This document shows positions 58,601 to 64,000 of a stretch of DNA of 64,000 bases, in pieces. Below the pieces are notes generated by a model. That model was not told the DNA's origin. It ran no database searches and worked only from the letters and a program-made list of their open reading frames with translations. The DNA lies in contig NC_081331.1 in the NCBI RefSeq assembly GCF_022539665.2, positions 5,828,001-5,892,000 on the forward strand. The letters are read 5' to 3'. How positions within the stretch are numbered: the first letter of the stretch is position 1; the number at the start of each line of letters is the position of its first letter. This DNA comes from Daphnia carinata (taxonomy: Eukaryota). A program made the position numbers and the translations under genes.

Positions 58601-61600
58601 TGCATCCGAATTCAGAGAACTTTTGTCGTCTGTCGAAGAAGAACAGAAAGGGCTATAACTTTGAAAAAAAAAAAAAAGAAAAACGACTTGATCTCCATAT
58701 TGTACGTGCGAACTCTATTGTCTGCTCTGACCGTCGTACAAAATCCTTTACAAAGGCATTTTCTATCGTATTGGATTTCGTCCAACTTCTTTTTTTTTTT
58801 TTTTTCGAGGGAGTTCTCGAATGACTTAAAATTTCTTGCGCTTGTCCAGTCAGCTGGAAAGAGAGCCGCCGCTTCTGCCCGTACCTATCGTTTTCTCTTG
58901 TTATGAAGAAGAGGACCCCCTCCCTGACATTTGCTTCTCGTTTCAAAAAAAAAAACACGAAACAAAATAACAAAAAGGTTCGAAACAGCGTCGCGTCCTT
59001 CAACAAAACAAACCTACTACTTACCTTTTTATCTGTTAAAAAATTTTTTTTTTTTTTTTTTTACCTTTTTTTTGCCCCTCTTTCTCCATACGACGATTTC
59101 TAAATTGTGTTTTTTTTTTTTTTCCTCTTCAACTGGAAAAACAGAACATGGTAGGAGTCACTGGTCGGCAAGCAAATGATTATTGAAAGGGAATGGGCGT
59201 AACATTATTTTTCCAATGCTATTCTAACCGCTGCCCTCCTGCTACGAAAGAACAAAAAGGAACACAAAAAAAAAAAAAAAAATGCTTAGGTCTCTCATAA
59301 CAGATGGTCAGCTTGTCAGGTTTCTTTCACTGATTCCCCTCCGCCATTGCCTCTCTTGCTTGTGTGTGTCTACGAAAAGGGAAATGGGTATTTAAGTTGG
59401 AAAGCGAAAGACCGACAACTACTACTAGTTGACTGGCTGGCATAATAATAACTGCCAACATTAAGCAGAAGGTTTAGTCGACGTTTTTCTTTTCTTTTTT
59501 TTTTTTTAAACTTGTAATTGACTTGCGTGTCACGCGAATCGACTTGAGCCACGCCCGTGCTTATCGCCGCTCACGATCTGCCAAGGTGGGGTGGTTACGT
59601 GCTTGTATTTTAAGGTTCCCCACGTCGTTGTATTTATAAAGAAATCATTGGATTAAAAGAAGAAAAAAAAAGAATTCCGATTGGTCAACACACACAAAAA
59701 AATCGTAACAAAGGAGAGTTTCATTTTTCACGGCGAGCCAGAATTCGTTAATATAAACAAAAGGCTTCGGGTTACATTGTTTTATTTTTTTTTAAAAGAA
59801 AAAAAAAATGTAAGGATCTCGTGGTTTAATTCTGGGATTGGCGATCCGCCTGATTCTTAATAACGAAAACACTGGCCAATGGATCGAAAATGTAAAAAAA
59901 AAAAACAAAAACAAAAGGGCAGAGTCGGGCGCAGTGAAAGTGGGATGGGCAAAGAAGGATGGGACAGGTGATTAACATTCAACCGGTTTTTTTTTTTTTT
60001 TCGTGCCTCACCCCAGGTCTTCCTTTTCGGCTGTCCAAACCGAAAAAACCGGTTCATATAGTCAGTTGATCTGTACTGCCGCTCTACACAGCCTCGTGTT
60101 GTTCTATAGTTTCCAGTGGTTTTTCTTTTTTTTTTTTTTTTTTCTTTCTGATTATGCGATCACAAACAATCAACCATTTTCGTTTTATGCTAAAGGCGAT
60201 TCGAAGAAGAAGAACCGAAGGGAGGACGAAACGAGTTTCATGTGGAGGGGGTTTTTGATTTTTTTTTTTTTTTTTTTTTCTTTTATTCGGTGGGGCAAAT
60301 TTGAATAGAGAGCACGTTGAAGCCGTTTGGTCGGTTGGACACGAAATCACGGGAGCCAAAACCGATCATGCTGCGCGTTTTATGTGCCAGCTGTCGGTTA
60401 GAATTTGTTTGTTCAACTGCGAGAAATGATTCATGAGCGGACCCGAATTCTATTCAACTTATCGCGTGTGGAAAAGCATTTTCTCCATTCTCCATTTTTT
60501 TCTTTTTGCCCTCATCCGAAATAATCAATTCCATTGCTTTCTTTTTCTTGGTAAATGAAGTCGTCATCCTCTTTTATATAGCCATACTTTTTTTTTTTTT
60601 TTTAGCCTGAGTAAACAAACGGCCTTTTTCAAATGCTCAAACTCGTTGACACACACACACACACACACGTTGGCCACTGCTTTTTGCGGCTGGCCGAATA
60701 AATAATACCTTTAAGAGGGAAAAGGGTGGTAGGGGAGGGTGGAGGCGAGAGCTGCACGAGCGGAACCCTATTGTTGCCTGGCCCCGCCCGTCGCGCGGAA
60801 TTGAAATCATTCATCATCACACGGCCAAACCTGATTGCTTCTTATTTTATTCAACGTCATGGCTGTCGGATACGAGAACAAGGCAAACGAGGAGGAGCCT
60901 CTCTCCTTGTCGTCGCCTTCACCCAAACCACCAGCCCGCAATAATTATTGCGTCCCCCTCCCCCCTTTTTTTTCCTTTGTAATTTAAATAATGCGAAAAG
61001 AATCGTGATTTTTCCCAGGGTATCGTTTGTTTTGTTTGAAAAAAAAAAATAATTCATGTTCATTCTTTTTTGTTTTCGCACATTCTTTCGAAATCACGTC
61101 ACGCGCCAGTTCTTTGTAACGGAGAGGGAAAAAACAATATCGGGAATGATACGTTCGTTATTATACACACACACGAAAAAAAAAATATTTGGCAACCGCG
61201 GAGGGATAAAAAAAAAATAAATATGATCGGGCAGGAATGAGTGAGAAAAAAAAAAAGAAAAAGGATGTGTGTGTGTGTATATACAGAGCCGTATAGTGTT
61301 GGAGGCTGCAGCGCGTGACGTGAATCCTTAATGAGATGGCGCTGAGAGAGGTACAGTCAAGATCCGTTTCGTTTGGATGATGATGAGGCATCTTGTAGAT
61401 GTAAACTCACTCGACACTTCTTTTTTTTTTCTTCTTCTTCTTCTTTCCTCCCCGCCCTTTCTGAAGGGGGCAAAGATGTGGCCCTCTTCATTTTTCTCTT
61501 TATGTACCTGAGGTAAAAAAAAAAAAAAAAAAAAACCTCGGGTTACCTGGAAAGGTGTTGAATATCCGTCTGTTAGATTAGGACATCAACCCTTTAAAGA

Positions 61601-64000
61601 AGAAAAAAGAAAGAAAACTTTTAACACACTCGAATGCTGCATCGCATTGACGGGCATTACATTTCGACCAATATAAAATCTAAGTTGACTGGAGTTTGCC
61701 TTACTTTTTTGCAGCTGCAGCTGATCGATGATGCTTTGTAAGGTTCGCTGTGTTCCATTAAACAACACGGGGCGCAATCGGCTTTTTCTTGGGGGGGGGG
61801 GGGGTGGCGTCCCGCGAGAGCTAGACAATAGCTCATCTGCCGATGACATTAGCCAAGACTCTTAAAAGCAAAAGTAGTCGACAGGGACGTCATTTATCTC
61901 TCTTTTTTTTTTGTTTTGTTTTGTTTTTTAAAACGACAACCAAAAATATAAAAAGTCCGAGTCTCGTTGATCATGTCGCATAAGAATCTTGCCAGACCCC
62001 CCGATCTCAGCCTTCTTTTTATTTTTGTTTTGTTTTTAATGTGGGAAGAAGAGATCAGAAACGAGTCGGGAGCCGAAATGAAGAAGCTAAACAACAGAAG
62101 AAAAAAGCTGATGCATCCATTTCACGACTGGTTTCTCTCTCTCTTTCTCCTTTGGCCGTTGAGAATCTCTGGCATGATTGTTGGCAGCTCCAATCAGGAC
62201 ATCCATCACGCAAGCTTGGGGGTCTTGTTTGTCTCTTCCATCTCGTCCGAAAATCACTTTATTGATCCATTACAAAACTATATGACCAAACAATATATAT
62301 ATTCGACTGGCCCCGGTTCCCTTCCCCCCCCCCGCCCTTGTTTTCCCTCTTCACGATCACGTACAGCGTTCAAAAGCGGTCGGGAAAAAAAAATGGGTGT
62401 TTTTTTTTTGTTCATTTCCAGGTCACTGTTTGGGGTTTTTGAGTTGAATCCAATATGAGCCCCTGCGGTACTGTGGTTGGACTTGTACAACAGCTGCCGG
62501 TCTGGGGCGTGTTTTTTAAAAAAAATATTATTATTAAGAACGGGCGTTAAAATTTGTGTTGTTTTCCCTTTTTATTTATTTATTTATTTATTTTTTTGAA
62601 ATTTGAAATTGAGGGGGGAAAGAAAATGAGAATTTTTTCTTGGATGGTCTAACGGTTTCTAGTGGCCACGCTAAAGAGCGGATTGAGTTTCTCCTGTTCA
62701 AATGGAAAAGAGCTATTTATTAATTAATTTCTTTTTTTTTTTTTTTTTTTTTTTTTTTGTTGGTCATCCACTAGTGAATGGGGCGTTCTGATACAATAGC
62801 GTCGTAAGGTTAAGAATTTTCAATTTGGATTCGGGTCATCTTTTTTTTTTTTTTGAAAGAGATGCAGGTGTTTTCATTGTCATCGATTCCTTCCTGTCCC
62901 CCTCCATCCGGCAAACCGTTGCCGATTATTATCGTGTTTTGGTATGTCGCCTTGGACATCGTTTCGCGTTGTTGTTCGGTACAACAAACCGTCACCTACT
63001 TATCTTTTCGTGGTCCGGACTGGAATGTTGTTGACATTCACCAACTGTTATTGTCTTTTTTTTCGCTGAAAGGAATTTGTTTTGGTTCGTGGGATCGTCC
63101 TTGAGCAAAGTAAAGCCTTAAATAGGCAGAGCGTGGCAATCCTGTAGGCATACGAACTTTTCTTTTTTTTTTTTTACATCACGATGCTGCAGGTAAACAG
63201 AGTCGAGGCGCCATCTATTCAAATGAGAGGGACGTTTGAGCACGGAGGGAAAAGAAAAGAACTTTCAATAGGCGGACGATCCGACTCCTGTCCATGTAAG
63301 GACTGAATTAGACAAAAAAAAAAAAAAAATGCAAAAGAGGAAAAAAGAAAAATAATAAATTTGAATCTCTCTATTCGATTATTTTTTCTTCTACCTACCA
63401 TCGTGACTCATCTGCATGTCAAATTTAAACCAGCGTTTACCATATAGCCCCCCGCATCAAGCATTTTTCTTTAATACTCTTTTTTGGGAGGGAGGGAGGG
63501 GGGAGGATCGAGGCATTTGGGGTCGTAGGGTATTTGTCAAATAGAGAGGCAGAAAACAATCTTGTGCTGAAAGGCAGGGGGGGGGGCAATGAAATGGCGG
63601 ATTTTTTTTTTTTTTTTTTAATGAATTCCATGTAGGCCAAAAAGAGTCGGAAAGGCCATTAGACCATCAAGTTTGACAGTGACAAATTTCGTCCCAAGTA
63701 AAAAGAGAGAGAAAGCCCTCACTTCAATGAGGTCTGCTGCAAAATTGTACTTCTCCCTTTTTAAACAACGAACTGAAATTCCTTAGTGATCCTAATGTCT
63801 GATTCTAAGGGGATTTTTTTGTTTTTCAATTATAGATATACAAAAGTATTTGTATTTTTTTTGTTTTTTCTTGTCCAGACGGCGGTAGCTCTACGGTTGA
63901 GGGAAGCTCACGCGTCAGCGCACACAACTTGTTAATGACATCGACGTTCCCTCACGATCTTTGATGATACAACTCTCCAATAAAAAAATAAAAAAATAAA

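Noticed and set aside
61506..61543. 9-bp inverted repeat around a poly-A run
   Set aside because: Short, self-complementary motif and a single occurrence; compatible with chance.
57000..64000. ORFs, CRISPR-like arrays or mobile elements in the distal region
   Set aside because: Only homopolymers and short (CA)n/(GT)n repeats are present; no regular repeat-spacer structure, transposase or RT motifs were seen.

Overview
Eukaryotic (arthropod) genomic DNA: AT-rich, with short 55-100 nt GT-AG introns and long homopolymer tracts. The style and gene content suggest a crustacean such as Daphnia (inference). From left to right: (1) a tandem array on the minus strand of two intact genes plus one pseudogenised fragment, each intact gene encoding an IRE1-like pseudokinase (HRD->HRN, DFG->DFR) fused directly to a caspase with an intact His/Cys dyad; (2) an SLC18B1-like MFS transporter; (3) an intron-containing tRNA-Ile(TAT), with a degenerate copy upstream of one caspase gene; (4) a pseudouridine-5'-phosphatase (HDHD1/PUDP-like) gene with three homologous, apparently mutually exclusive copies of the cap-domain exon, flanked by nested complementary intronic elements; (5) tramtrack with Ttk88-type zinc fingers; (6) two trypsin genes flanking a galactose-3-O-sulfotransferase; (7) an Mmp1-like metalloproteinase with alternative secreted and GPI-type C-termini; (8) about 17 kb of largely non-coding sequence. 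The two strongest leads are the pseudokinase-caspase fusion family and the RNA-pairing-flanked cap-exon cassette. All exon boundaries were read by eye and no database searches were run.
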